Part shown: in pieces, positions 32,818 to 44,002 of the stretch
Numbering within the stretch: position 1 is the first letter of the stretch
Layout of the letters: each line of letters starts with the position of its first letter
NCBI GenBank assembly: GCA_029863645.1
Contig: JAOTVA010000005.1
Location: 14,460 to 78,459, forward strand
Direction of reading: 5' to 3'
Length of the DNA: 64,000 nt
Source: Gemmatimonadota bacterium
Lineage (GTDB): Bacteria > Gemmatimonadota > Gemmatimonadetes > Longimicrobiales > Gaopeijiaceae
Made by a program: the position numbers and the translations under genes
Notes under the pieces: model-generated
The model's input: only the letters and a program-made list of their open reading frames with translations
What the model was told of the DNA's origin: nothing
The model's database searches: none

Positions 32818-35800
32818 TCAGACCGGTGGAGGCGGCGTCTCGAACTGGCTTTCTGGTGCGGCGTCGCCTGACGCCACGGACCGCGGGGCCGCGCGCATGC
32901 TCTGCGGAACGGCCGGTGCGTCCTGGTCCCCACGCTCGGTGGACTCCGAACTAGGCGTGTCCGAATCTTCTGGCAGTAGATGGGGCGCGATCTTCCAGAA
33001 GCGAGGCAACTGGCCCGGCCAGGCTTCCAGGAGTTCCGTGGCACGTTCCGAACCCGTGAGCTCATGGTGCCGTTCGATCAAGGCCCGCAGGGTCTCGATT
33101 TCCTCCGGATCTCCAACCGGGTCAGCCCGTACGAGCTCGCGATTGACCCTATTGGGGAAGCTCCCGTCCATGTCCAGGACGTACGCGACTCCGCCAGACA
33201 TGCCGGCGCCGAAGTTCCGGCCCGCGCGCCCCAGGACCACCACCAGCCCGTCTGTCATGTATTCGCACCCGTGGTCGCCACAGCCTTCCACAACCGCGAC
33301 GGCTCCCGAGTTACGGACCCCGAAGCGCTCGCCGGCGCGTCCGGAGACGAACAGGCTTCCTCCGGTGGCTCCGTAGAGCAGGGTATTCCCGGCGATCGTC
33401 GCATCCGCGGCCTTGAAGCCCGCGTCTGCAGGGGGCCGGATGACGATCTCACCGCCATGCATGCCCTTGCCGACGTAGTCGTTGGCCTCGCCATCCAGGC
33501 GCAGGCTCACGCCTCCGATCAACCAGGCGCCGAAGGACTGCCCGGCGGACCCGGCGAAGCGGAGGTCGATCGATCCCTCCGGCAGGCCGACGTCGCCATG
33601 GGTCCCGGCGATGCGTACCGACAGGCGGCCGCCCACGGTGCGGTCGGTGTTCTGGATCTCGTAGGTCCCTGAGAACGGCGTTCCCGTCTTCAGCGAGTCA
33701 CCGCACTCTTCGATGATGCGATCGTCGAGCGAGGTGCCCGGGCGGTCGTTCCTCGCCTGGTTGCAGTGCAGAGGACCACCCGAAGGCGTAGCGATGAGCC
33801 GCGACAAGTCGACGGACCTCCACCGCTCGTTCTTCTCCGCCTGGATCTGCCGTAACAGGTCCGCGCGGCCGATGACTTCCTCGAGGCTGCGATACCCTAG
33901 CTGCGCGAGAAGCTGGCGCACTTCCTCGGCGACGTGCGTCAGGAAGGTGATGAGCATTTCCGGGGTGCCGAAGTATTTCTGGCGGTACTCCTCGGCCTGC
34001 GTGGCAATGCCCACCGGACAGGTATTCACGTGGCACTGTCTCGCCATCTTACAGCCGAGGGCGATGAGTGCGGCGGTACCGAAGCCGAATCGGTCGGCAC
34101 CAAGCATCGCTCCAGTGACGACGTCGCGGCCGGCGTGCAGCCCGCCGTCTGTGATGACCCGAACTCGGCCCCGCAGTCCGTTCAACACGAGCGTCTGTTG
34201 GGTCTCGGCCAGGCCGAGTTCCCATGGCGCGCCCGCGTACTTGATGGATGACAAGGGTGAGGCGCCTGTGCCCCCGTCGTGGCCGCTGATCTGGATGTTG
34301 TCGGCGAACGCCTTGGCGACACCGGCCGCGATCGTGCCCACGCCTTCCGCTGCGACCAGTTTGACGCCGATCCGGGCCTCAGGATTCGCCATCTTCAGGT
34401 CGTAGATGAGCTGCGCGATGTCCTCGATGGAGTAGATGTCGTGGTGCGGGGGCGGCGAGATGAGCGGCGTGCCCGGCTCGACGTGCCGCAACGTCGCGAT
34501 GTAGGGGCTGACCTTGTGCCCTGGAAGCTGACCGCCCTCGCCGGGCTTGGCTCCCTGAGCGATCTTGATCTCCAGCTCCTGCGCACCGGCCAGGTAAGCC
34601 GGCGTGACGCCGAAGCGCCCCGACGCGACCTGCTTGATGGCCGAGTTGGCCTCGCGCAGGTCCCCATCAAAGGAGTACCGGCGGGGGTCCTCCCCACCTT
34701 CGCCCGTATTGGCCAGCCCGCCGATGCGGGTCATGGCCCGGGCGATGTCCTCGTGCGCTTCCCTGCTCAGGGCGCCGAGCGACATGGCGCCGGTCTGGAA
34801 GCGTTGCAGCACGTTCTCGACGGGCTCGACTTCGCTGATGTCGATGGACTTACGGTCCGACTCGTACGCGAGAAGGTCGCGAAGCGCCGTCGGCGGCCGG
34901 TTGTAGACCAGGTCCGTGTACTCCTTGTAGGCCTCGTCCCCTCCACCCTCCACGACCTTGTGCAGCGCCCGCCACACGGCGGGCTCATTGGCGTGGTAGT
35001 CGGCGCCGCGGCGGAACTTGTACCATCCGCCTGCCTCGAGATCCCCTGACGAATACGCGCGCTGATGCCGCTCCAAGACATCCTGGGCGAGCTCGGTGAG
35101 CCCGATGCCGCCGATGCGGGACGTGGTGCCGGGGAAGCAACGGTCGATGATCTCGTCGCCCAACCCCAAGGCTTCGAAGATCTGTGCGCCATGGTACGAC
35201 GCCACCGCCGAGATCCCCATCTTCGACATGATCTTCAGCAGGCCAGCTTCGACGGCCTTCATGAAGGTCCGGACGGCGCGGTCGGGGTCCTCGAGTCCTT
35301 CACCGAGCTGGCCAGAGGCGGCCAAGTCGCGGACACTCGCGATCGCGACGTGCGGGTAGGCCGCGGAAGCGCCGAAGCCGATCAGCGCCGCAAGGTGGTG
35401 GACGTCACGGGCGTCTCCCGCTTCGGCCACGAGGCTCGCCCTCATGCGGCGTCCCGTGCGAATCAGGTGATGGTGCACGGTCGACACGGCCAGGAGCATC
35501 GGGATCGGCGCTTTGTGCTCGTCGGCGCTGCGGTCGGTGATCACCAGGGCCGTATGTCCCGCGTCAATGGCAGCGGTTGCCGCGCGACACAGGTCGTCGA
35601 GCGCTTCGCGCAGACCTTCGGGTCCGCCTGCAGCTGGGAAGACCGCGTCCAGCGTGGCGAAGGACAGGTCGTCACCGCCGGAACGCATCAGCGTTGCCCA
35701 GGAGATGTCGGAGAGCAGCGGGCTCCGTAGGTGCAGCAGACGCGCCGCTTCCGGTCGTTCCTCGAGCACCGAGAGGCGCTTGCCGAGGTAGGTGTCCAGC

Positions 35801-37419
35801 GACATCACCACGCGCTCCCGGATCGAATCGATCGGGGGATTGGTGACCTGGGCGAAGCGCTGCCGGAAATAGGTGTAGAGGGGCCGTTGCTGGTCGACCA
35901 GCGCCGAGGGTGCGGTGTCGTCACCCATCGAGCCCGTGGGCTCTTTCCCTTCGGCTGCCATGGGGCCGAGGATCTGCTTGACTTCCTCCCGGGTGTACCC
36001 GTGCATCACCTGCACCGTGGCGAGGTCTCCTGATACGGCCGGCGCCACGTCGTCGTTTCCGGCCCCCCCGAGGTGTCGCAGGTTGCCTTCTACCCACTGG
36101 CTGTAGGGCTTGCGGCCTGCAAGACGCTCCTTGATCTCATCGTTGCGAAGCAGCAGCCCATGCTCGGTATCGACCGCGATCATTTCGCCTGGGCCGACGC
36201 GTCCAGACTCGATGACGTCAGATAAGTGGAGGTCGAGTGTGCCCACCTCGGACGCCATGATCACCAGCCCGTCCGCCGTGACTTGGTAGCGCGCCGGACG
36301 CAGACCGTTCCTGTCCATCGTAGCGGCCGCGACGACACCGTCGGTAAACGCGATTGCGGACGGACCGTCCCACGGCTCGGTCAAGCACGCGTGGTACTGG
36401 TAGAACGCGCGCAGCTTCGGGTCGATGTCGGGATCGTTCTCCCACGCCTCCGGGACGAGGATCCTCATCGCGTGCAGCATGTCCCGGCCGGACGTGACGA
36501 GCAGCTCGAAGGCTTCGTCGAGCGAGGCACTGTCGGACCCGATGGGCCAGATGACCGGCGTGAGCTCCTCGAGGTTCTCCCCCCACACCGCGGAGGTGAG
36601 CTCCGGCTCCCGCGCCGACATCCAGTTTCTGTTGCCGAGGAGCGTGTTGATCTCGCCGTTGTGCCCGATCATGCGGAAGGGCTGGGCGAGCTTCCAGTTC
36701 GGCAGCGTGTTCGTGGCGAAGCGCTGATGGAAGAGGGCGACGCTGCTGACCGTGCGTTCGTCGCCGAGGTCGGGGAAGAACCGCTCCACCTGCGGTGCGA
36801 CCATGAGCCCCTTATACACGATCGTGCGTGCGGACATGGACGCGATGTAGGCGTCTATGTCGTGCTCGCGGTACGCCGCTTCGGCTCGCTTCCGTCCCAG
36901 GTAAAGAGCCCGATCGAACTCCACAGCGCTCTGACCGTCTTTACGCGCCAGCAAGAGTTGTTCGATGCCCGGCAGCGTCTCTTTCGCCAGTCCGCCTAGC
37001 ATCGACGGATCGATGGGCACGGGCCTCCATCCGAGCACGTTGACCCCGCTGCGGGCCGCAGCCGACTCGAGGAGGTCGCGCGTCTGGGCGCGGTGCTCCT
37101 GGTTCTCCGGGAGGAAGACCATCGCGACGGCGAGTCGATCCAGCTGATCGCGGGGAAGGCCGAGTCGCGCGGCGTCATCTGCCAGGAGTTCCCGTGGGAC
37201 CTGAATCGTCACGCCGGCTCCGTCGCCGGAGGCGGCGTCTGCCGACACCGCGCCGCGATGCGTGAGTCGCACGAGGGCCTGAACCGCCAACTGGACGACC
37301 CGATGGCTCCGGGTCCCGTCGATGGCGGCAATGAAGCCCGTTCCACAACCGTCGTGTTCGTTCGCGGGGTTGTAGAGGGTCAGCTGTTGGGCCTGGGGCC
37401 CGGTCTTGGCTCTTGGCAT
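32818..37419 (-). CDS. gltB: Glutamate synthase large subunit (GOGAT alpha)
   Basis: 1533-aa ORF with the N-terminal Ntn amidotransferase Cys (CGTGFIA), central, FMN and GXGXG C-terminal domains in canonical order. Confidence 0.97.
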   Translation of the reverse strand: MPRAKTGPQAQQLTLYNPANEHDGCGTGFIAAIDGTRSHRVVQLAVQALVRLTHRGAVSADAASGDGAGVTIQVPRELLADDAARLGLPRDQLDRLAVAMVFLPENQEHRAQTRDLLESAAARSGVNVLGWRPVPIDPSMLGGLAKETLPGIEQLLLARKDGQSAVEFDRALYLGRKRAEAAYREHDIDAYIASMSARTIVYKGLMVAPQVERFFPDLGDERTVSSVALFHQRFATNTLPNWKLAQPFRMIGHNGEINTLLGNRNWMSAREPELTSAVWGENLEELTPVIWPIGSDSASLDEAFELLVTSGRDMLHAMRILVPEAWENDPDIDPKLRAFYQYHACLTEPWDGPSAIAFTDGVVAAATMDRNGLRPARYQVTADGLVIMASEVGTLDLHLSDVIESGRVGPGEMIAVDTEHGLLLRNDEIKERLAGRKPYSQWVEGNLRHLGGAGNDDVAPAVSGDLATVQVMHGYTREEVKQILGPMAAEGKEPTGSMGDDTAPSALVDQQRPLYTYFRQRFAQVTNPPIDSIRERVVMSLDTYLGKRLSVLEERPEAARLLHLRSPLLSDISWATLMRSGGDDLSFATLDAVFPAAGGPEGLREALDDLCRAATAAIDAGHTALVITDRSADEHKAPIPMLLAVSTVHHHLIRTGRRMRASLVAEAGDARDVHHLAALIGFGASAAYPHVAIASVRDLAASGQLGEGLEDPDRAVRTFMKAVEAGLLKIMSKMGISAVASYHGAQIFEALGLGDEIIDRCFPGTTSRIGGIGLTELAQDVLERHQRAYSSGDLEAGGWYKFRRGADYHANEPAVWRALHKVVEGGGDEAYKEYTDLVYNRPPTALRDLLAYESDRKSIDISEVEPVENVLQRFQTGAMSLGALSREAHEDIARAMTRIGGLANTGEGGEDPRRYSFDGDLREANSAIKQVASGRFGVTPAYLAGAQELEIKIAQGAKPGEGGQLPGHKVSPYIATLRHVEPGTPLISPPPHHDIYSIEDIAQLIYDLKMANPEARIGVKLVAAEGVGTIAAGVAKAFADNIQISGHDGGTGASPLSSIKYAGAPWELGLAETQQTLVLNGLRGRVRVITDGGLHAGRDVVTGAMLGADRFGFGTAALIALGCKMARQCHVNTCPVGIATQAEEYRQKYFGTPEMLITFLTHVAEEVRQLLAQLGYRSLEEVIGRADLLRQIQAEKNERWRSVDLSRLIATPSGGPLHCNQARNDRPGTSLDDRIIEECGDSLKTGTPFSGTYEIQNTDRTVGGRLSVRIAGTHGDVGLPEGSIDLRFAGSAGQSFGAWLIGGVSLRLDGEANDYVGKGMHGGEIVIRPPADAGFKAADATIAGNTLLYGATGGSLFVSGRAGERFGVRNSGAVAVVEGCGDHGCEYMTDGLVVVLGRAGRNFGAGMSGGVAYVLDMDGSFPNRVNRELVRADPVGDPEEIETLRALIERHHELTGSERATELLEAWPGQLPRFWKIAPHLLPEDSDTPSSESTERGDQDAPAVPQSMRAAPRSVASGDAAPESQFETPPPPV

Positions 37420-37806
37420 CTATTCACGCTCGAAATCCGGCCCTACGACAGGGATCGGTGGGGAGCCGAGACCGACATTCAGCTCAAACGGGAACGCCTC
37501 AGGCGTCCTCGCCCTTCCGGTTCCCTCCGTGGAGGGCCGCGACGAATAAGAAAACACGGCACACGGTTTGATTGCCCGGACGCCCGGAATCACTTGGCAT
37601 CACGCGGCTGTTCCTCGTGCTAAGAGGAGGCGGGGAACCGCTTGAAGCAGTGCGACGATCATACCCTCTTCCAGGACCTCCGGCAAGTGAGAAAGGCCGG
37701 CGAGAGGCCACGGGCCGGCTACCAATCCCCGGTTTCCCCGAGGGCGGCCGGATGCCTATCTTCACGCCCGAGATCGACCCACCCACAGCGATTCCGAGTA
37801 AAGCAC

Positions 37807-38325
37807 ATGACTGACCGCGCCAACACGCTCCTCGACGCCCGCCGCGAGCGGCTCGAGCGCCTCCTGGGTCGACCTCTCGCCGCCCCCGCGCTCGAAGGCG
37901 GCGCGCCGCTCACCAAAGAGTCCCGGCGCTACCTCTTCGGCGAGGCAGAGGACCTCTATTGGAATGAGCTCGAGTGGGAGCACATCACGGACGAGGAAGC
38001 GCTCGAAGAGGGTCCCATCACCCAGATGACGTTCCCGGGCTTTCTGGCGTTCATCCGTGGCCTCCTCCTCCACGAGGTGATGCCCGACTCGATCGCTCCG
38101 GCCAACCCGAGGCCCGAGGTCGTCGTGGACCTCATGACCTTCCTCGCGCGTCGGGTCGTGGAGTTGGAAGAGGACCTGGCGACGCCGGCCGACGGCGAAT
38201 CCGCGAAGCTGCGCGCGGAGCTCGAGATGACCAGCCAGCTGCTCGATCTGGTCCTTTATGAGTTCCACGGGGTTGCGTCGGACGACGTAGAGCGCCTCGA
38301 GGCGGGCGGACAGGCGTCGGCCTGA
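37807..38325 (+). CDS. Hypothetical acidic protein
   Basis: This is the C-terminal 172 codons of ORF 37642..38325, from ATG 37807 (MTDRANTLLDARRERLE...). GC3 is coding-like. I do not recognise a family. Confidence 0.5.
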   Translation: MTDRANTLLDARRERLERLLGRPLAAPALEGGAPLTKESRRYLFGEAEDLYWNELEWEHITDEEALEEGPITQMTFPGFLAFIRGLLLHEVMPDSIAPANPRPEVVVDLMTFLARRVVELEEDLATPADGESAKLRAELEMTSQLLDLVLYEFHGVASDDVERLEAGGQASA

Positions 38326-38401
38326 TTCGGCGCCGAGGAACGCGACCCTGACTCCCTGGCGGCGTAGGCGTCCCGGCCACCCGTACCTCGCGGGCGCCCC
38401 G

Positions 38402-39196
38402 ATGCTCGTCGCGCACCGGGGGGGCGCGCGCCTGGCCCCGGAGAACACGATGGTCGCGTTTCGGATGGCCAGGGACGCGTGGTGGTCGGACATGTTGGAG
38501 CTGGACGTCCGCCTCACCAAAGACGGGGAGGTCGTCGTCATTCATGACGAGTCGGTCGACCGGACCACGGATGGCAGCGGGCCCGTACGCACGTTCACGC
38601 TAGGGGACATCCAGGCTCTCGACGCGGGCTATCACTTCGTGGACCTGGCGGGGGCCCACTCCTTTCGCGCCAGGGGGGTCGCCATCCCCACCCTCGACGA
38701 AGTCCTGACCGCCTTTCCGGACATGCGCATCAACATCGAAGCGAAAGAACCAGCGGTCGCCGGTCCCACGGTTGCTCTGATCGCCCGGCACGCCGCCGAG
38801 CACCGAGTGCTGGTGGCGGCCGAGTTCGAGTCGTCACGGAAGGATGCGCGTGGGTACCCCGGGCCTTGGGGGGCCAGCTACTTTCAGATTCTCTGCTTCT
38901 GGTTGCTGCACTGGCTGCCGGGCGGCAGCCCCTATACGCCGCGCGCCGACATCTTTCAAGTCCCGGAATGCAGCGGTAGGCTCAGAGTGGTGACGAGGCG
39001 GTTCGTGCGAGCGGCGCACCGGGTAGCCATTCCGGTGCACGTTTGGACGGTGAATCGGGAGGAAGACATGCACCGACTCCTCGATCTGGGGGTCGACGGG
39101 ATCCAGACGGACCGCCCGGATCTGCTCGCATCGGTGCTCACGGAACGAACCGGTAGGCCAGTTCCTCCGGGTACGAGTGGGGGTGGTAGCCAATGA
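38402..39196 (+). CDS. Glycerophosphodiester phosphodiesterase (GDPD family)
   Basis: 264-aa ORF with HRGGARLAPENT, ELDVRLTKDGEVVVIHD and an IPVHVWTVN-type C-terminal motif. Confidence 0.85.
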   Translation: MLVAHRGGARLAPENTMVAFRMARDAWWSDMLELDVRLTKDGEVVVIHDESVDRTTDGSGPVRTFTLGDIQALDAGYHFVDLAGAHSFRARGVAIPTLDEVLTAFPDMRINIEAKEPAVAGPTVALIARHAAEHRVLVAAEFESSRKDARGYPGPWGASYFQILCFWLLHWLPGGSPYTPRADIFQVPECSGRLRVVTRRFVRAAHRVAIPVHVWTVNREEDMHRLLDLGVDGIQTDRPDLLASVLTERTGRPVPPGTSGGGSQ

Positions 39197-40539
39197 CGCA
39201 CCCGCAAGGCGCTCTAAGCGCCCGGTTTCGGGATAGCCTATCGCGATTCGGCACCGGGAAACGCGTCCTCGTCGCCGTGTCCGGCGGCCTGGACTCGACC
39301 GTGCTGCTGCACCTGTCTCGGTTCGCCGCCCGGGACTCTGGTAACGAGTGGATCGCCGCGCACTTCGACCACCGCATGCGCGTATCGAGCGCGGCCGATG
39401 CTCGCTGGGTTTCCGGCCTCTGCCGCGCCTGGGACGTTCCGCTCGTCGTCGGACGGGCCGACACCAGCTTGACGTCCGAAGAGGAGGCGCGGGCCTCACG
39501 GTACGACTTCTTGGCGTCACAGGTCAGACGCAACGCCGCAGACCTTCTCGTCACGGGCCACCACGGCGACGACCAGGCTGAAACCGTGCTCTTCCGCCTT
39601 CTACGGGGCACGGGCTCCAAGGGCCTCGGCGGTATCCCCGCGTTCCGTCCTCCTGGAATCGGCAGGCCCCTCCTCGACTTCTGGCGAGCCGAACTGCTGG
39701 AGTACGCCCAGGCGGTGCGTCTTACGTGGCGGGATGATCCTACTAATAGGAACTCCGCCTATGCGCGCAACGCGCTCCGGAACGGCATCCTGCCCGACAT
39801 CGAACGCTTGGTGGCACCGGGGGCCAGGCGGGCCCTGGTTCGCCTCGCCGATGCAGCCAATGAAGAGGAGGCTGCCTGGGAGAGCATGATGCCGGGGCTG
39901 TTGCGACCTCTGGACGTCCGAGAGGTCGAAAGCGGCGTGTCTGTCGCACGAGCGGCGCTGATCGCGTTGCACCCCGCAGTTCGCGCGCGCGTGATCCGTG
40001 CCCTCTCGGCGAGGGTGGGCGTGTCGTTGGACCGCACGGGGACACGGCTCGCGGTAGAGTTCACCGATTCCGGCTCCAGCGGTCGCGCCATCCAACTCGG
40101 GGCCGCCCTGTTGGTTGGCCTGGAGCTCGACCGCTGCGTCCTCGGCCGAACGATGCCCATCGCCGAAGAGCGCGCGCTCGCGATCCAGGATCCTGGCCCC
40201 GGTAGCGGCACCGTAGTGCTCGCAGGCAGCCCGATTCCCGTCGCTTGGGGAGGAGCGGACTGGGAGAGGAGGCAGGCCTCTGAGGCCTTCGAATTGGCCG
40301 CGTTGCGCTTTCCGCTGACGGTGCGGTCGCGTCGCCCCGGCGACCGCATCCGTCTCCCCGGAGGGACCAAGAAGGTGAAGAAGTTCATGCTCGAGCGCCG
40401 TATTCCACCTTCAGAGCGGCGGTGCGTGCCGCTCGTCGTCGACGCGGAGGGACGGGTGCTGTGGATCCCAGGCCTGGCAAGGGCGGAGTCGGTCGGCCTT
40501 GGGGAAGCCCAGAATCGGCTCCGGATCGGCATCGGATGA
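39193..40539 (+). CDS. tilS: tRNA(Ile)-lysidine synthase
   Basis: 448-aa ORF with PP-loop VAVSGGLDSTVLL. Its ATG overlaps the GDPD stop (ATGA). Confidence 0.9.
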   Translation: MTHPQGALSARFRDSLSRFGTGKRVLVAVSGGLDSTVLLHLSRFAARDSGNEWIAAHFDHRMRVSSAADARWVSGLCRAWDVPLVVGRADTSLTSEEEARASRYDFLASQVRRNAADLLVTGHHGDDQAETVLFRLLRGTGSKGLGGIPAFRPPGIGRPLLDFWRAELLEYAQAVRLTWRDDPTNRNSAYARNALRNGILPDIERLVAPGARRALVRLADAANEEEAAWESMMPGLLRPLDVREVESGVSVARAALIALHPAVRARVIRALSARVGVSLDRTGTRLAVEFTDSGSSGRAIQLGAALLVGLELDRCVLGRTMPIAEERALAIQDPGPGSGTVVLAGSPIPVAWGGADWERRQASEAFELAALRFPLTVRSRRPGDRIRLPGGTKKVKKFMLERRIPPSERRCVPLVVDAEGRVLWIPGLARAESVGLGEAQNRLRIGIG

Positions 40540-41060
40540 CGCCGCAGCCGAAGCCTGGGAAGGTCGTCTACAGCGCGGAGCAGATCTCTACACGTGTCCA
40601 AGAACTGGCCGCTGATATTTCTTCCGCCTACTCGGAGGACGACCGTCTCCTCATCCTCGGCCTACTCAAGGGCTCCTTCATCTTCATGGCTGACCTCGTT
40701 CGCGAGATCACCCTGCCGCACCACGTCGATTTTCTGGTGGCGTCGAGCTATGGTGCCGGGAAACAGTCCAGTGGGGATGTGCGTCTACTCCACGACCCTG
40801 AGTCTCCCCTGGCCGGCCGAGCCGTGATTGTTGTGGAAGACATCGTTGACAGTGGAACGACCTTGGAAGGGGTGCTCCCCCGGCTCCGGGCGCGTGAGCC
40901 GGCCAGCCTGGACGTCTGCACGCTGCTCCACAAGCGCCTCACGCCGCTCGACCCGGAACCCCGGTGGGTAGGCTTCGATGCACCCAATGACTTCCTGGTG
41001 GGGTATGGACTCGACCACGCGGAAGACTTTCGCCATTTGCCCTATATCGCGAGCCTTTAG
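40536..41060 (+). CDS. hpt: Hypoxanthine phosphoribosyltransferase
   Basis: ORF 40422..41060. ATG 40536 overlaps the tilS stop. The PRPP motif VVEDIVDSGTTL is present, and tilS-hpt-ftsH synteny is canonical. Confidence 0.92.
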   Translation: MTPQPKPGKVVYSAEQISTRVQELAADISSAYSEDDRLLILGLLKGSFIFMADLVREITLPHHVDFLVASSYGAGKQSSGDVRLLHDPESPLAGRAVIVVEDIVDSGTTLEGVLPRLRAREPASLDVCTLLHKRLTPLDPEPRWVGFDAPNDFLVGYGLDHAEDFRHLPYIASL

Positions 41061-41095
41061 AACCGCCGACCTGCACGGCTCGCCAGAGTAGCTAG

Positions 41096-43129
41096 ATGTC
41101 ACAAACTGACCCGACTAGACCCGACGAGCAGAACAATCGATTGGGGCGCATCTCCAAGAACGCGGCGTTCTTGATGATGATGGCCCTAATGCTGCTCTTC
41201 GCGATCCAGATCGTCGGAGGGCAGGACGACCCGGTCACGCTCCTGACCTATTCGGATTTCACCCGGCACGTCAGCGACGACCGCGTCGACGAGGTGACGT
41301 TCCGGGACCGCGCCGTCGAGGGCACGTTCAGGCAGCCAGTCCGGGTCGAGGACCGGGAATTCGTGCGCTTCCGCACCATGCTTCCCAGTGACCCGAGCGA
41401 AGGATTGCTCGAAGAGCTTCAGAGTCGGGGTGTCATCGTAGACGCCGAGCTGCCGCAGCGAGGCATCGGCACCCTTCTCTTGCAGGCGCTCCCCTGGCTC
41501 CTCTTCATCGCTTTCTGGATCTGGATCTTCCGCACCATGCAAGGTGGGGGGAACCGCGCGTTCCAGTTCGGCAGGTCCAAAGCGAAGCTGATCTCCCCGG
41601 ACACGCCGAAGGTGACCTTCGCCGACGTCGCGGGGGCGGACGAGGCCAAGGAAGAGCTGCAGGAGATCATCGAGTTCCTGAAGGACCCGGCGAAGTTCTC
41701 GCGGCTCGGAGGGCGGCTACCCAAGGGGGTTCTGCTGGTAGGCCCGCCGGGAACGGGTAAGACGCTTCTCGCGCGTGCATGCGCAGGCGAAGCGGGGCGG
41801 CCCTTCTTCCAGATGTCCGGGTCGGATTTCGTGGAGATGTTCGTCGGCGTGGGCGCGTCGCGGGTCAGGGATCTCTTCGAGCAGGGCAAGGCGCACGCGC
41901 CGTGCATCATCTTCGTCGACGAGATCGACGCGGTGGGCAGGCATCGGGGCGCCGGTCTTGGCGGCGGACACGATGAGCGTGAGCAGACGCTCAACGCGCT
42001 CCTCGTCGAGATGGACGGCTTCGAATCCAACGAAGGCGTGATCCTCCTGGCGGCCACGAACCGCCCGGACGTGCTCGACCCCGCGCTCCTGCGGCCCGGA
42101 CGCTTCGACCGCCAGGTGGTGGTCGACCTTCCGGACGTGAAAGGACGCGAAGGGATCCTGCGGGTGCACGCGAAGAAGCTTCCGCTCGCCGACGATGTCG
42201 AGCTGTCGCTGATCGCGCGCGGCACGCCGGGGATGAGCGGCGCCGATCTGGAGAACATCTGCAACGAGGCGGCGTTGTTGGCTGCTCGCCGCGATGGCGA
42301 CAAGGTCTCTATGGTCGATTTCGAGCAGGCCAAAGACAAGGTGATGCTCGGGACCGAGCGAAAGAGCCTCGTCCTCACTGAGAACGAGCGGAAGCTCACG
42401 GCCTATCACGAAGCTGGCCACGCCGTGTTGGGCACCAGGATCCCGGGGCTCGATCCCATACACAAGGTCACGATCGTGCCGCGCGGGCGAGCCATGGGCA
42501 TCACGGCGAGCCTGCCGGAAGTGGATCGTCACTCCTACACGAAGGAGTGGATGGAGGGTCAGCTGGCCATGCTGTTCGGCGGTCGCGTGGCTGAGGAGAT
42601 GATTTTCGGCCCGCAGGACATCACGACGGGTGCGGGCAACGACATCCAGCGGGCGACATCCATGGCGCGCCGGATGGTCACTTCGTTCGGAATGAGCGAC
42701 GTCGTCGGCCTCGTCGCTGTAGCCGATGACGAGCAAGAAGTCTTCCTGGGGCGCGAGATCATGCAGCGGCGCTCCGTCTCGGAGCACACGCAACGCATCG
42801 TCGACGAGGAAGTGAAGAGGATCATCGACGAGGCGCACCGGCGGGCACACGACGTGCTCGCCGAGCACAAGGATCTGCTCGAGGCCATCGCAGCGGCGCT
42901 TCTGGAGCGCGAGACGCTCGACCGCACTGACGTCGAGACGTTGGCGCGTGGTGAGCCGTTGCCGCCGCTTCCGCTACTCGACGAAGAGCCTCCCAAACTT
43001 TCGCAGGACCCGCCCGCCGCCCCCGATAAAGCTTCCTCGCGCGGGTTCGGGTTCGCCGGTGGGGAAGGTCCGCTTCCCGGGCCGGCGCCGGGCGTGGTCG
43101 AGGCTTCAGGCGACGACGAGCTGATCTGA
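41096..43129 (+). CDS. ftsH: ATP-dependent zinc metalloprotease FtsH
   Basis: 677-aa ORF with [11 protein letters not shown], the SRH region and the HEAGHA zinc site. Confidence 0.98.
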   Translation: MSQTDPTRPDEQNNRLGRISKNAAFLMMMALMLLFAIQIVGGQDDPVTLLTYSDFTRHVSDDRVDEVTFRDRAVEGTFRQPVRVEDREFVRFRTMLPSDPSEGLLEELQSRGVIVDAELPQRGIGTLLLQALPWLLFIAFWIWIFRTMQGGGNRAFQFGRSKAKLISPDTPKVTFADVAGADEAKEELQEIIEFLKDPAKFSRLGGRLPKGVLLVGPPGTGKTLLARACAGEAGRPFFQMSGSDFVEMFVGVGASRVRDLFEQGKAHAPCIIFVDEIDAVGRHRGAGLGGGHDEREQTLNALLVEMDGFESNEGVILLAATNRPDVLDPALLRPGRFDRQVVVDLPDVKGREGILRVHAKKLPLADDVELSLIARGTPGMSGADLENICNEAALLAARRDGDKVSMVDFEQAKDKVMLGTERKSLVLTENERKLTAYHEAGHAVLGTRIPGLDPIHKVTIVPRGRAMGITASLPEVDRHSYTKEWMEGQLAMLFGGRVAEEMIFGPQDITTGAGNDIQRATSMARRMVTSFGMSDVVGLVAVADDEQEVFLGREIMQRRSVSEHTQRIVDEEVKRIIDEAHRRAHDVLAEHKDLLEAIAAALLERETLDRTDVETLARGEPLPPLPLLDEEPPKLSQDPPAAPDKASSRGFGFAGGEGPLPGPAPGVVEASGDDELI

Positions 43130-43166
43130 TGGTCGTGCGCCGGTCTGCTCAGCCCCGGAGCCGGCC

Positions 43167-43994
43167 TTGAACAGGATCTGGGAGCAGCTTCGATTCCTCC
43201 GTCCAGGATGGACGGATCTGATCGAGATCCTCATCGTCGCGTTTCTGCTCTACCGCGTCCTCTTGGTCATTCAGCGGACCCGGGCGATGCAGATCGTGTT
43301 GGGCGTGGTGTTGCTCGCCTTCACGTACGGCCTGGCGCGACTCTTGGACCTGATTCTCGTCAGGACGCTGCTCGAGGCGGCGTTCCAGTACGGCGCGATC
43401 GCCATCCTGGTCGTCTTCCAGCCCGAGCTCCGGGCGGCGCTGGCCCGGTTGGGCCAAAGCAGGATGATGCGCCCGTTCCAACAGCTACAAGGAAGCAAGG
43501 TCACAGACGAGATCGTGGAGGCCACGGAGCGGCTGGCTCGTGCCCGCCACGGCGCCATCATCGCCATCGAGCAGGAAGTGGGGTTGGGCGAGTACGCGGA
43601 AACGGGCAGCATCGTGGAAGCGCCCGTGTCCGCCGAGATGTTGGTCACGATCTTCACACCGTACTCCCCCCTACACGACGGCGCGGTCCTGATCTCGGGT
43701 GACCGCATCCACAGTGCGGGGGCGATCCTGCCGCTCACCCAATCGCCGGTGAAGGACCGTTCGTTGGGCACGAGGCACCGGGCCGCATTAGGTCTCAGCG
43801 AGGAGACGGACGCGATCGTCCTCGTGGTGAGCGAAGAGACGTCACAGGTAGCAGTGGCCATCGCTGGGTCGCTCGAGCGCGGCGTGAACTCCGAGCGGTT
43901 ACGCGCCATTGTGTCCGGGACGCACCCTGCCAAGGAGGTCGCGGTTCCCTCCGGCCCGGCCGACGTTACCAGTCCGGCACTGACGACTCCGTAG
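43167..43994 (+). CDS. cdaA: Diadenylate cyclase CdaA (DisA_N/DAC domain, membrane-anchored)
   Basis: 275-aa ORF with three N-terminal TM helices. The DAC motifs are HGAIIAI, LHDGAVLI and GTRHRAALGLSEETDA. Confidence 0.9.
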   Translation: MNRIWEQLRFLRPGWTDLIEILIVAFLLYRVLLVIQRTRAMQIVLGVVLLAFTYGLARLLDLILVRTLLEAAFQYGAIAILVVFQPELRAALARLGQSRMMRPFQQLQGSKVTDEIVEATERLARARHGAIIAIEQEVGLGEYAETGSIVEAPVSAEMLVTIFTPYSPLHDGAVLISGDRIHSAGAILPLTQSPVKDRSLGTRHRAALGLSEETDAIVLVVSEETSQVAVAIAGSLERGVNSERLRAIVSGTHPAKEVAVPSGPADVTSPALTTP

Positions 43995-44002
43995 GGCCGG
44001 CC

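Noticed and set aside
37594-37610. TGGCAT-containing string upstream of the 37807 gene as a second sigma54 promoter
   Set aside because: The GG-to-GC spacing is off by one, and the -12 region (GGCTG) does not resemble TTGCA. It is much weaker than the 4550 site.
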